Positions 24,382 through 37,370 of a DNA stretch of 64,000 bases are shown in pieces. A program made the position numbers and the translations under genes. Under the pieces are notes generated by a model. The model saw only the letters and a list, made by a program, of their open reading frames with translations. It was not told where the DNA came from and searched no databases. Origin of the DNA: Azolla caroliniana (lineage: Eukaryota > Plantae > Polypodiophyta); NCBI GenBank assembly GCA_043228905.1, contig JBHGNT010000021.1:930001-994000 (forward strand). The letters run 5' to 3'. How positions within the stretch are numbered: the first letter of the stretch is position 1; the number at the start of each line of letters is the position of its first letter.

Positions 24382-26636
24382 ATCCTATGGTATTGTTCAA
24401 ATCTCCGTGATGTGGATATGTTTCTCCTATACGTTTTCTACAGATGGGTAGAACGAGAGGTTTGAAGAAGGAGAAGAAACCTCCGTCGTGGAACAACAGT
24501 CTTCGCATTCTTCTCATTGTGGAGGTAGTTCACGTGACCTAACCGGCTGAATTGCCATCAGAATCAGAATGTATGCGTACACAGTAAACGTACATATGCA
24601 TATCCGTATGTATGAGTATGTATGGATGTATGTATGTATGAACGTATATGTATCTATGTACGTATGTATGTATTTTGGATGATTTCCCAGAATACCCCTA
24701 GTATTTTAGAGATCCTCAAAATACATAGAAGATTTCAAGGGCAATATTGTGCTCTGTTTCCTCTTGCCCTAAATATATTCCATGAAATCAAACTCCATTA
24801 CACAAGCTGCTAACGCATCTAGAGACTTGTTTCCATAGGCCATAGATCACAATCACTCTCTCAAGGATATCTATCTATCCTGCTCGTAAGAACAAATTGG
24901 TGGTAGATGCTTTGAATCCCTCCTATGGAGGATGGGCAAATGATTGTTTATTCTTTGAGTATTAGACTTGGATGGGTGATAATAATTTCAATACCCCAAC
25001 CCCTTATCCACTTGGATTTTGCATATGGGTATTATTTCAATAATCATAACACAAGGGAAAAAGAGTTGCGCAAATGGAAAGAAGCAAAAGAATGTGCAAC
25101 ATAAGGGTCAATAATAGTATTTAAGGAGAGTTGAGGTAAAACAAAGAAAGAAATGTGCCATCAAAGAGGTGAGATAATTCGAAACGCAAAAAAACACATG
25201 AAAGTTTAATAAGAGTCGAGACTAGAAAATGCCCACTAGAGAGAGAGAGAGAAGCAAGAAAGAGACGGTCAAAGACAATCAAGAATACACTACATTTAAA
25301 CAATATAGGTCTCTCCCAATGGGTAGTGTGGTATGCACATATGTTTCTTAGTGATAACTAGAAATATGCATTTTCGTCTGGTCCTTGGATATCCACGCAA
25401 CAAGTTCAACAATAATTAATGACTCCTCACCCCTCGTCTCTTTGGGTAGTGTCGTATACACACATGTTTCTTAGTGATAAACTAGAAACATGCCTTCGCT
25501 TCTAGTCCTTGGAATATCCACTCAAAAAGTTCAATCATTTACAAATTGTCACCCCTCATCTCTACCACATGACAATTTCAAGCATTTAATGATTCATTCA
25601 CTTACCTCTCATCTACTAAACAATGATATTTACCAATCATTGATTTTGTTGATTTGCTCCTTATTTCTTTGTCCACACGCATAAACTTTCCTTAATTAAT
25701 ATCATCAACAAGTGATTTGAGTTTTATTAAATTAATGTATCTCCATCTCATCTACCTTAATGTGCTTTATTTCACCCTTTTCCTATCAACAAGAAGCCAG
25801 TTGATTCATTTTGTTAATTCCCCAAGGTGATACCAGTTGATTCATTTTATTTCACCTTTTGCCTACACTTATAAGCAAGAAGCCAGTTGATTGATTTTGT
25901 TAATTCCCAAAGGTTATGATAGTTTCTTTACTTCCCCATCTAACTAATCCTTGACAATATTTTCTTACTTCTCCATCTTACTAATCCTCAAATCTTACTA
26001 ATCCGTAATATGGTTACAATGCTTTGCTTCACTTTTTTTGCCTTAAGTATACTTACCAACAAGCAAGTTTGTCGAACTTTGTAATTTCAATGAAGGTGAC
26101 AATAGTGTTATTCAAAGACTATGTAATGTGTAATTCCCAGGAACATCTTAAACGCTATTCAATTTTCATTAAACTTCCGATACATTGAACAACATAACGG
26201 CAAATCAAATTGCCATATATGCTAGGTATTAGGTTTTAACAATATTAGAAGGCTTGGAGATATGATGCCACTCCACCAAATTTGGTATTGATAGGATTCA
26301 TAATCGCTGCATCACAAACCAATAATAAGCACTAAATTGGTATTGATAGGATTCATAATCCCTGCATCAGAAATCAATCAACACATACCAATAGTTAAGA
26401 AGCACAATTAATGTGTAAATTAAATCAATCTTCACACTTCCAAAGAAGAACTAAAAAAAACTGTAAAGCATACTAGATCCTGAACCCTATATCTTCTCAT
26501 ATTTCAAGTAAAAAACCTCAAAACCCTAAGAAGGAAAACTTATTAAAGTCCTAAAACCCCAAAATTTCTCAAAAATTAGCATGCGAGAAATCTGCATGGT
26601 TATACCTTTTTTTGTCTCTGTTATTTATTTTTTACT

Positions 26637-27636
26637 CTAGAGTGGGAAGATCTTCCACAGTTGTCGGTCATTCTCGTGCCAAGTATCGAGCACAAGAGTT
26701 GTGCCTTCTTTGATCTCGTTGGCCGACTTGTCACGGTGGAACAGTGATTTCTTCTCAGGCTCGTGGAATATCGTAACGTTAAGCAACGTGTCGCTTGCGT
26801 TTCTTATGGTTCGGAAGCCTTCCCCAAAATCTTGGCTCTCTGAGAAGAGAATGTCTTCATCCAGCATGCCCGGCCGGAAATCAACCATGTGAATCTGCCA
26901 GCCTCACTGAGGACGTTAGTTTTTTGTTCGATTTTCATTTCCTTCCAATTTAATTCGTTCTTATTTTTATGTTTTAGTTTTTTTTTTTCTTCCATGGCTG
27001 CAAACCTCATGGCCTTTGATCTTCCCATGCTTCAGAACCTTCCTGGTGGCATTGTTGATGAGAGCAAACGCAGGAGATCCATAGTTATCTTTGGTCCGTT
27101 CGCCATACGATACATCTTTGATCCACACCTTCATCATAATCATCATCACCATGATCACGATCATCATTATGAAGAAGAAACGATAGAATTACGGAACATC
27201 AAGAATCAACGATAATCATTATGAAGAAGAAAGAAGAAACGATAGAAATAAGGAACGTCAGGAATCAACGATCATCATTATGAAGAAGAAAGAAGAAACG
27301 ATAGAAATAAGGAACATCAGGAATCAACGATCATCATTATGAAGAAGAAACGATGGAAATAAGGAACATCAAGAATCAAAAGTACACAAAACGGTATTAG
27401 GTGAAAAGAAAAAACGCTTTTTTGGTGGGATGGGAGGGGGGTGTTTAAACCTGCGTTGGATCTTCAGAGTTAGATGGGAGCATGACAGGTTTATCGTTGC
27501 GGACGGCCAGGCTATAAGTCTTGTCCAACTTGCAGAAGATCTTCACAATGCTTCCATGGACATTATTAACAGCAGAATGAGGAGGAGGAGGAGGAGGAGG
27601 GTGATGATGGTGATCATGAGGAGGAGGATAAGCCAT
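26637..27636 (-). CDS. Euonymus-related (EUL) ricin B-like lectin, EULS3-like, 3 exons, ~188 aa
   Basis: Exons 27636-27451, 27128-27006, 26894-26637, all phase 0 GT-AG. His/Pro N-terminus, VKIFCK..YSLAVR, QVWIKD, GSPAFALIN.ATRKVLKH, ESQDFGEGFRTIR, terminal QLWKIFP. Confidence 0.9.
27157..27378. repeat. intronic minisatellite, ~50-60-bp unit x ~4
   Basis: Repeated AACGATAGAAATAAGGAACATCAGGAATCAACGATCATCATTATGAAGAAGA in EUL intron 1. Confidence 0.85.
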
Positions 27637-29868
27637 GGCTTCTTTCTTCTGCTGCTGCCTGCCTGCTACTACTGCTCTTCTTCTGTCTGCAGCTCTTCTT
27701 CTATTTATACAGTTCCTTATTGCTCTATTTTGGTTTTATATACCCAATTTTCAATATATTTATGTTTTTGGCCTGCCTTGGCTCATGACACTCATTTCTT
27801 GTGTTGGGAAAGCCACTTCAGATAAACCCCCTCACTTTCCCCATTTCATACCTTTTTTTGTTTATATTTCTCTCTCTCTCTCTCTCTCAAGTTTCAACTT
27901 TGGGGGCCTCACATCCGACGCGTGTCCACCATCTCGAGCTGTGAGCAATTATCATGCCTCCATGGATTAGGACGAATATTGCTGTGTTTTTCCGCTCTCC
28001 GATTGCGCCACACATTCCCATTTGAATGGTCACTGACAAGTCTTTTCTTTTTTGTCTGGAGAAACCTAATTTTCAAAAGTCACCACAAGATGCCTCCATG
28101 GCATTTCAAGATGGAAACCAATGTAGGTAACTGTGTAGCATCATGATGTTTGTGTTCAAATTTCGATTCGTTGGGTTGGGGTTACATAAGGTTAGGAAAG
28201 GGTGCATGCGAATGGGCATCCAAGGTTGTGACTGACCAAATAAATTATACTACATTGTTGGTTTTTCGATGATCAATATTTGTCACCCCTAGGAGGACTT
28301 ACCTACACATTGATGAAGAGACTATATCTAACATATACACAATCTTTTAATGAGGGTACGAATGAATATACAATGTATATTGCTTAAAACCTCCCACAAA
28401 ACTTCCAAGTACAAAGTTGCTCTCAGGAGCTTTTTTGAAAAGATGAGTAACCACAATGGCATATGGGCCCAAACAATTAGGCATCCTCGTGAATATCCTT
28501 TATAGAGTCGTCAAGTGTCATGTACATGAACCACACAATTACCAAAACAAGAACACAAGCAACACTATAGTTATGACACGTGATAGTAGAACAATGATTA
28601 GACCTTTGAATAAAGCATGCAAACCTCAAATGGGCAATACGAGTTTATTATTTAACTTGCTATTATATTAAATCGAAGCCTTGAAGTATAAACCACATCA
28701 TAGGATCTAGAGTAGCCATAGATGTCACTTGGACATGGAATTCCCCTTCAAATATTAGCATAGAAGACAACTTGGCAATTCATATTTATTGAAAATCTCA
28801 ATCCTTCTTGTCCAGAGCTCGTCCCTCTTATATTTGCCCAATATTTCACACTCCATGAATACAATCATCTACAATTAAGATTGGAGTTTATCCGAACTGA
28901 CTAAGATGTGCGTTTCTTTAAGCTATAAAATAGTCTCAACTTGACACCAAACAACATATGATGAGTGACTAGTTCAAAGACAATCCTATACATCATGAGA
29001 AAATAAATCTCATCAAGTAGTCTATGTAAGCGAATGTCTTGTATACATCTATCCCTTACCTACAAGTTAGTATATGCCTTCTTCACAACAGAAAATCAAT
29101 ATCTTTACACATTTGTGCACATGAAATGAAGTATTATGAATTTACTTTTAAATAAACTGGTAAAATGTGTTCAAACCTCTAAACCACTAACTTTATTCTA
29201 CATGACTACTATCCTCTGCTTAGGCACATGCATCCTCTACCTACCAACAGATCTCCACACTACTACCATCATCTTCTTAGCCTATGCATAACAATTATTT
29301 TTCAAATTACAACCAAGCATAAAACATGCATGCCACTAGATCCAAAATACTTGCATCTTCTCTTTTCCTTGAATATCCCTCGATTAAATCACGTTAGATT
29401 ATTTGGTTCTTCTTTAACTACATAGGCTACTTTTAATCATTCACACGTGACACAACTACAAGTCAGGTGAAAAAGAAAATAGGGTCAAAAAAATGTTCAC
29501 AGAAAAAGAGATACTTAATCAAGTATGTCACAAGCACATTTCACATGGCAATGTCATTTATGAGAGGATATTATTACAGGCTTTTTTTGGTACTTGCATT
29601 TTACTAGAGAATGTAAAGTGCATGTTTCTTTGGAAAAAAAGGGTTGGCCTAGTGGTTCTGTCCTTAAACCATTAGGCCATAGGTCAAGGGTGTTGCGGCG
29701 GGAGGGGGGAAGTCCGTTGGCCATAAGTCAAGAGTACAACACCCCCTTTACCCCCAACACAATTTCTGTTGCTTATTCCAAACCTAATTGCAGTGCCACA
29801 TTCTCTAATGTTACATTATTGGTTCTCCAAATATAGAGGTAAGCAAATCCAAACTCAAGGAAAGATAT

Positions 29869-32328
29869 TCATATTTTCCGACATACATCTCCATCACAGG
29901 AATACTCACTATTCACTCCTGAATCTCCATTCTTGGATCCTTTATCCTCATATTCACTGACAACATTTGGATGTGGTTGAACTTCCTTGGGAAGAGTTAG
30001 ATCTTTCTCAGCCATTTCTGTCTGAAGCTCTATTACACGCTCTTCAGTAAAAGGGAATGAATCAGCCCCATACAAAGTTATGAGTTGTGTGGCATTCGCG
30101 TTTATAGTCTTCCCATCTGCACCAATAATGACTAGTTGAGGTATTGTTTCTATATTGAAGTATTGAGCAAGAGATCCTCGCAAGACATCCTCAAACGGGA
30201 GGGCAAGCCATGGCATCGTGTCATAGTACTCATCAAATGACTCTTGATCTCGATCACATGATATAAAGATGATCTCGAATTCCTCGCCTCTGCCCTTCAG
30301 CTCATCATAAGTCGCTGCCAATAAAGGAGTGAAATTTCTACATGGATTGCACCAATGCCCAGAGAAGTAAAGGCCAACTGTTTTCCTGACAAGAGATGCA
30401 ACCTTCACCTGCAAGATTAACATATCATCTGAGCAGATGTTTTACGTTGTGGATAACTCTGTTTCAAGTTGTGGATTGACCAAAAAGATAATCCTCATGT
30501 CTCAAAAGATCCATAATAATGTGCTTGTGGATGTAATTCTAAAACACACAGATACTCACTTCACTTACCGGTTCAAACCTTGATAGTAGATAATCCCTCT
30601 CCTCAGTCACAAGAAGGGATTCTAGCGTTTGTGCCTCGCGCTTGGCCTCTTCCTCCTGGAGCAGTTGCTCTAATTTTTCTTCAGTAAAAGGATATGCATT
30701 AGCCCCATATTTAAATACAAGTTCTGTAGCATCATTACATATCGTCTTTCCTTGCCCATCTAATATGATAAGAGTCGGGATTCCTTCCACTTTGAACCAA
30801 TCATTGAGAAACTTTTTTGCTTTACGGTCTGCGTAAGGCACGGCAAGCCATGGCATCTCTTTGAAATAGTTCTCAAACGACGTTTGATCTTCATCTGAAG
30901 ATATGAAGACGACTTCGAAATCTGCATGCTGTTGCTTAAGTTCATCATAAACTGATACTAGGCGAGGCGTAAAGTTCTGGCAAGGCGGGCACCAATGAGC
31001 AGAAAAGTAAAGTGCCACTGTCTTTCCTTCAAGGTCTGAAACATTCACCTGAGGAAAAAAGCAAACAAACCCTAATTGGTAAAATATAAAGGAACAGCAG
31101 TATACAAACAAATTTATTTGGAATTACATCACCATTTTCTAATGACAAAATAAACCCCTGTTAATTCAAACACATATTACTCTGTTCCCTGTATGGGAAT
31201 CGGCGTACCAAATGTTTTCTATGAATTTTAATACATATTCTGCGAATAAATTCAATTGGATAACTATACTGTTGACTTCCACGTGTCTGAAGCCACATCC
31301 CCAAATTGTCCCACACAATTTATTTCACATCTGTTTTACTTATTTCAGAACATATTTGCTGTATTCCAAGTACTAAGCACAATGCTGTGAATTAAAATGG
31401 TGGGGTGATTTGTTTAATGCAAAATTCTGATAATTTTATTGGATTTCATGTATGCAATCATCATACTCAATATTTTGCATAAATTATGTGGCATCAATTT
31501 GATACATTTTGTTACATATCTCCAAAGATAGACCATATTTTCCTCTTCTCTTCCACAAATATGTAAGCAAGGTATGTCCAAACATTAGGGCAGGACACAC
31601 ATCAAGAAATGAATCTTTCAGTAAACTATTGATTTGAAAATGCAAAAGAGTTTTGATAAAATCCGTGAAGCAATCCATACCTGAATATTACTTTCCTTGG
31701 ATGAGATAAGATAGTCTCTATCTTCATGAACTAGAAGCACTTTGAGGTTCTGGTTCTCCAATCTTTGTTTGGCTTCTTGCTCAAGAACATTGATCTGATC
31801 CGCGCTGAAAGGGTAAGCTCGGGCACCCCATTGATCAAGAAGTGCCAATCCCTGATCCGTCACAAGAAGTCCATCTGAACCAAAAAAGCAAAGACTGAAA
31901 ATACTTGTTTTGAACCTCTCCACCACGAGCATTCGAGCCCCAGCATCATCAAAAGGAATGTAAAGACACCCGCGAGGTAGATTCTTTTTCACCACATCAT
32001 CGAATGATTCCCCATCGGGTCGGTCGATATCAAGGTCATCGGCTCCGCCATATTTCCTTATGGTTTCGATGAGCTCTGGGTCCCGATCAGATGCCACATA
32101 GATGAAAATGATGGGTTTCCCCTCCTTGAGGAGCTCTTCGTAAGGTTCGGCTATGATAGAGAGAGCATATTCAAGTGCCTTTGGTAGCCAATGAGGACCT
32201 ATGAGGAGACCCACCGTGAGCTTTCCTTCTATTGCTTCTCTCTTTACTTGGGTTCCATGTGAGTCAAGAAGGAAGTCTCTGCTGTCTGAGAACAGGAAGC
32301 CTGCAAGGTTATGGTGAGTCTCAGCCAT
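29869..32328 (-). CDS. NRX1: Nucleoredoxin (three thioredoxin-like domains), 3 exons, ~555 aa
   Basis: Exons 32328-31681, 31048-30569, 30408-29869, phase 0 GT-AG. Motifs LYFSAHWCPPC, LYFSGHWCNPC, FEVVFISSDED, MPWLAVPY, YGANAYPFT, C-terminal YSCDGDVCRK. Confidence 0.9.
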
Positions 32329-35027
32329 GTCTCAGGAAAGCAGAGGAAGGGAATTAAGGTATGGTATACAGAGAGGATTGACCAAGAACATTCTTCTTTA
32401 TATACCCCTACCCTCCTCTTCGATGGAACCCAGGGCTTACTTTAATTACAATAATACCCTTCTGCAATGAAGGCTACTGCATGTGAGTTTTTTTATAGCT
32501 AGCATATGTTGGCACAACATATAAAGATAGAAAGTGATCGTCGACAACTTTAGCACAACTATAAAGATAGAGAGTAAGTGATCTAGAAATATCTTCGGTT
32601 GTGGAATTGATTATTGGATTTTAGGATTTCTTCATTCCAATTGTAGTACAGTCTGGTGATTATTCTATCTACAAAAGCTTTCATGTAGACAAACGCAATT
32701 CCCAGTTCTGATTTTGATTTGGTGGTTGCCTGCTTTAGTGCTTCAGGTTGAGCTACAAAGTCAACTCCAAAGACATAGACCCCCTCGTCATTGCTTCATC
32801 TTATGGCAATGGCATAACCAATCAAGATGTGATTACTCTCTCTTTCTCTTCAGGATAACGGATCTCATTCTCTTCCTATAATCATGCTTTGTTAGATTAT
32901 TAACTAATGTATGTTTTAGAATATAAAATGTTTTGTCACTAACAACAACAATGTGGAGGAAGTCTTGATTCTTTAATATTCTAATAGCATATATCTCATC
33001 GTGCTTTGCACACAATGTCTTGTTTTTGTTTTGTTGATGCAACGGAAGATGGTTTTTGGCTCTTAATTAAGCCATCCATGTCAAGAATGACCAATCCTAT
33101 TGATTATTTATAGTTTGAAACTTGCCTATAAAATGCCATTCCTTTTCATCATGGGTAACACAGAGGACGTCAAACTACACGAACCTCTCAATTGGTGTGG
33201 TCACATTAGCCTTTTTGCGAGGATGTGAGCTTCATACAATTTAAGATTTCCGCTCAGTTTACAAAAGGGATATTTATATGAGAATAGGATTAGGATGCCA
33301 AAGAGACAAACGAGAAATTGAAGTGTATATTCACCCCATATATTTTTGAAAATTTTGAAGTTTTGAGTGTGCAAGTTGGAGTTTGCATTGTTTGTTATTT
33401 GTGATTTTACATTCTAAATTGTGGGTTTCACTCACATGGAATGTGTTTGACTTGTTTAAGAATTGTGACTTGGTTTGTTATGAGTTGCATACAAATACAT
33501 GACTTTTAGTTTCCAAGGGGGTTGGAAAATGTCTAAATGTTGTGGATTTAGTGCATATAGGTGACCAATCTTGATAGAGCTTGACATATCAAAACTTTCC
33601 ATTCCAATTTCTATCAAGAAAAATGACCCCCATATTTTTCGTGATCTAAAATTGCAATGTTGGAAAATTTTAGGCCTCATTTCACGCTTACAATAATGCC
33701 CCTTTAAAGCCCATAATGACATATATGATGTTATATCCTAACTACAAAAACATTTACCATATAGGTAGGCTATTGAGAACATATTTTTACTCCTTTCTTT
33801 CTCTATACATGATAATGATTGTTTAGATTTTATGAGACATCTCCAAACCAACTTTATTTGGTATTTGTTCACAATACAACTCTAGCATATGTAACTAGGT
33901 TAGGTCACTAGCTTGCTAACAATGGTAGGTGCCTTACTTGACTGCAACAAATCAACGATCACATTCTAAGTTACGATATGCTACATTGGTCTATGGTTGT
34001 CTTAGACCTATATTACATTCTCTTATGTAAGGGCCAATATTGAATTTATAGAGACTTCATCTTGAAAGGAAACTAAACATCTTGTCTTAAGCCTTGAAGG
34101 GGAAAGTGAACATTATATATTACTATAATAGAAATATGATTCTTCATGACACACATACAAATTCGAAATTGCTCATTAGAATTTGTGTACAATGGGTCAA
34201 CATAACTAAAAGACGCTATCCACCCTTTAATATTTTTCAATAAGGTCAATTTGGAGGACCATGTCAAATTGATTCTTAACCATGCTTGCTATGATTTGTA
34301 TGGGTGACATTCATATGATCACAACATATGCAACAGATTAATATGTGGATTATTTGTGCTCATTGTTGCGTTTGTGTTCATAGATAAGTCTTTGAGTTCA
34401 AACTATGAAATTTATATACACACCTTTACTTAACATACCCAACCTAGAATTTCCATAGTACCACTACATATAGCCACATTTTTATGGAATGCAAGGAGAC
34501 TGCCATGATCATCAGTCAATCAATACAATATCAAGGAACCTAAATCATAGTGAATTACTATAAAGCACACTAATAAAGTATATTCATCTTAAATGAAAAC
34601 ATTGTTGACTCGGCACAAAAATGATATAAAATTGCACACATTATATGTTTGACCTTTATTATGATAATCATCAAGAAAACTAAATACTTTCATTCTTTCC
34701 AAGCAAGGAAATAATCCATAAATGGACCTCCAAAGTTAATCACACTTGACTGTTTGTGGTCCATACTAAGTTCAATAATCACAGCAAAGTAACATGTGCT
34801 TTGAACACCTTGCGTACACATACTAATTTGAAAAGAGACAGCAAAGCCATGTGGTAATTGACCTTTTGATTTTGTTCTAGTTCAATCTACATTCAAGCAA
34901 AGAAATAACCAGTTTCCGAACTGCATTTGGGTATGTATTTGTACAAAATACACATGTGAATGTCAAATAGAAATTTTGATCTATGAGATATTATTCACAC
35001 ATAGTGATATTGCATTGCATCACTTGA

Positions 35028-36086
35028 TCAAATATATATGGTATTACAGCTCATCACTATATTGTTTTGGAGAAACTCTGCTCCCGCAATGGATGATGTC
35101 ATCAACAAACCTGTTGCCTTATGTATCTGATTGGTGTCAAGAACCAACGTTTTCAGTCCTTTTCCAATGATAAAGATAGTAGAGCCTACTACGGCCATTC
35201 TACATGGTACTGTGATCGATCGAGGTGAAATTCTTCCAACAAGATCCCAAAACCCGTTTGCTTTGTCGAACACCAGCAATTTGATGCCAAAAATCTGATC
35301 CAACATGTAGGTATCATTTCCAACTACTACAGCTGGTCCATGCCATGTCCTAGTCATTTCATCATCAACTAGCATCCATGTTTTCTGGCTAGGATCATAT
35401 GTTGACGCATAAAAGGATAGTCCATAAGGTGGGCTGACATGCCTTACATGTATCTTCCCATCCATCACCATGGATTCCCCGACATCTTGTACAATGTTTT
35501 GATCCTCATTAGATTCCCATCGATCTGTATGCGGATCATAAACCTCCCAAGATGAGAGAGCCCCTGACATCACCCCAGTCCCTCCAATGGCGTACACTTT
35601 TCCATCAAGAGTGGCACTTACAAGAAAACATCGGGCAAAATCCATACTAGCCCCTGTCTTCCATTTATGATGAAGGGCATCAAAGATATGGACCTCGTTT
35701 GTGGGGCTTTCGAACTTGCCACACCCACCGATGAGATAAAACCTCCTATCCAACACTGTAGAGCTCATTCCAAACCTTTTCGACCATGCACTTGGAATAG
35801 GAGGAAGTTTCATCCATTGGCGTGCACATGGATCCAGCACATGCCAATGGAGACATTCTGAAACATCTCGACTTAAGACATAAATCCAACCCTCTGAAAA
35901 TCCATGCTTTGTACGGAGGGAAACAAACAAATCGCTGCTGATAAATGATCTCCACGTCTTACAAACACCACGTAGAATGTGATGATACTTCCGTGCAAGT
36001 CTAACCAGACATAGCATAGCAAGATCATCTGGTATACCAGGAATAAGAAGATTAACATTGTCATCAGAAGTACTCAGGCTACCCAT
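35028..36086 (-). CDS. F-box/Kelch-repeat protein (SKIP4-like), single coding exon, 352 aa
   Basis: F-box LIPGIPDDLAMLCLVRL...VCKTWRSFI, followed by Kelch repeats FYLIGGCG...FDA..KW and VYAIGG...EVYDPHTDRW. Confidence 0.92.
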   Translation of the reverse strand: MGSLSTSDDNVNLLIPGIPDDLAMLCLVRLARKYHHILRGVCKTWRSFISSDLFVSLRTKHGFSEGWIYVLSRDVSECLHWHVLDPCARQWMKLPPIPSAWSKRFGMSSTVLDRRFYLIGGCGKFESPTNEVHIFDALHHKWKTGASMDFARCFLVSATLDGKVYAIGGTGVMSGALSSWEVYDPHTDRWESNEDQNIVQDVGESMVMDGKIHVRHVSPPYGLSFYASTYDPSQKTWMLVDDEMTRTWHGPAVVVGNDTYMLDQIFGIKLLVFDKANGFWDLVGRISPRSITVPCRMAVVGSTIFIIGKGLKTLVLDTNQIHKATGLLMTSSIAGAEFLQNNIVMSCNTIYI

Positions 36087-36211
36087 AATGCTTCTTAGAG
36101 GTAGTCAAACCAGAATCAACCTAAAACCTGCAAAATTAAAGTCCCTCTCTCTCAATAATTGGACCAGGTTTTTCACCAAATAATGTACATGTATCTTACA
36201 TAATCAAGTCA

Positions 36212-36318
36212 CAGAGGACGGCTTCCCCAAAGAATGTAAAGAAACTTTCATCAAACCTATCTACAAAGGTGGATACAAGAATGAGTGTTTTGACTACAGA
36301 ACTATCATTGTGGGCTCA
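36212..36318 (+). mobile_element. LINE reverse-transcriptase fragment
   Basis: Translates EDGFPKECKETFIKPIYKGGYKNECFDYRTIIVG, matching the LINE RT motif P..W....I.PI.K.G......YR.I. Confidence 0.6.
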
Positions 36319-36580
36319 AGGAGGAAGCTCTTTATTATTGCTTTGTGAATTAAAAAAATGCTTTTAATACAGTAACACAAGGGACTCCGATAAACAAAAT
36401 CTTCGAGCAAAACAAGGATATCATCTCTTGCCCACTATATTTGCACCCATTATGCATAGTTCACTTTGACAATTTCACAATGCAAGTAGCATGAAGGGAG
36501 CAAATTCCAGGAACAACTGTTGGCAAAAATTTGTTTATCTATGTCTATGCAAAGTGATATTTGTGGTAAGATGACAATTA

Positions 36581-37370
36581 TGGCACTTGGTTGATCATTC
36601 TATATCCGGTTGATCACCACCAACTATAGTACAAAGATGTGGGTGTATTTTCTTCCAGATGATGCTGAGGCTTTTGGCCCGTTAAACACTGACAAACAAA
36701 GTGAAGAAGCTATAAACAGATCAAGTAGGAGAGTTTCTTACAATGGCACTTGGTTGATCATTCTATTTCACGTTGATCACCACCAAGTTACCAACTATAG
36801 TAGAAAGATGCAGGTGTATTTTCTTCCAGATGATGCTGAGGCTTTTGGCCAGTTAAACACTGGCAAACAAAGTGAAGAAGCTACAAACAGATCAAGTAGG
36901 AGAGTTTCCTACAACGGAACTCTCAGACTATTGCTAAGAACATAGAACTCAACACAAAACTTACAGCTGCTGACACACAAAATAGAATGGTGATGTGGAA
37001 ATGCAAAATCGCATTGTCATAAAAATGGCACAATCCATGCTAAAAGATCAGGATCTACCTAGCTCTCTCTATGCTAAAGCAGAGAACATAACAATATGCA
37101 TTCTCAATTGTAGCTACATTAAGGTATTAAATTTTAACATAAATACTTCTCTTGATGCCTGTTTAGGTAAGAAACTCGCACATTTCAGGGTTTCTGGATA
37201 TGAGTGTTATGCTCATATTCTTGATTAGACATTATCAAAGTTGGAAGTCAAAAGCAGAAAATGCATCTTTCTAGGATATAACCTAAACTCCAAAGCTGAC
37301 AAGCGATATGACCTGATGCAGAAAGGTGATTTTCAGTTGAGATGTGGTGTATGTGGAACAACCACGTACA
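36581..37370 (+). mobile_element. degenerate Ty1/Copia integrase remnant with internal ~165-170-bp tandem duplication
   Basis: Frameshifted motifs YSRKMQVYFL..EAF, QNRIVIKMAQSMLK..LP, HFRVSGYECYAHI, KSRKCIFLGY. Duplicated units start at 36581 and 36744. Confidence 0.8.

Noticed and set aside
25308-26372. Several short imperfect direct repeats (~30-120 bp) between myosin and EUL
   Set aside because: Ordinary degenerate local duplications with no further structure visible.
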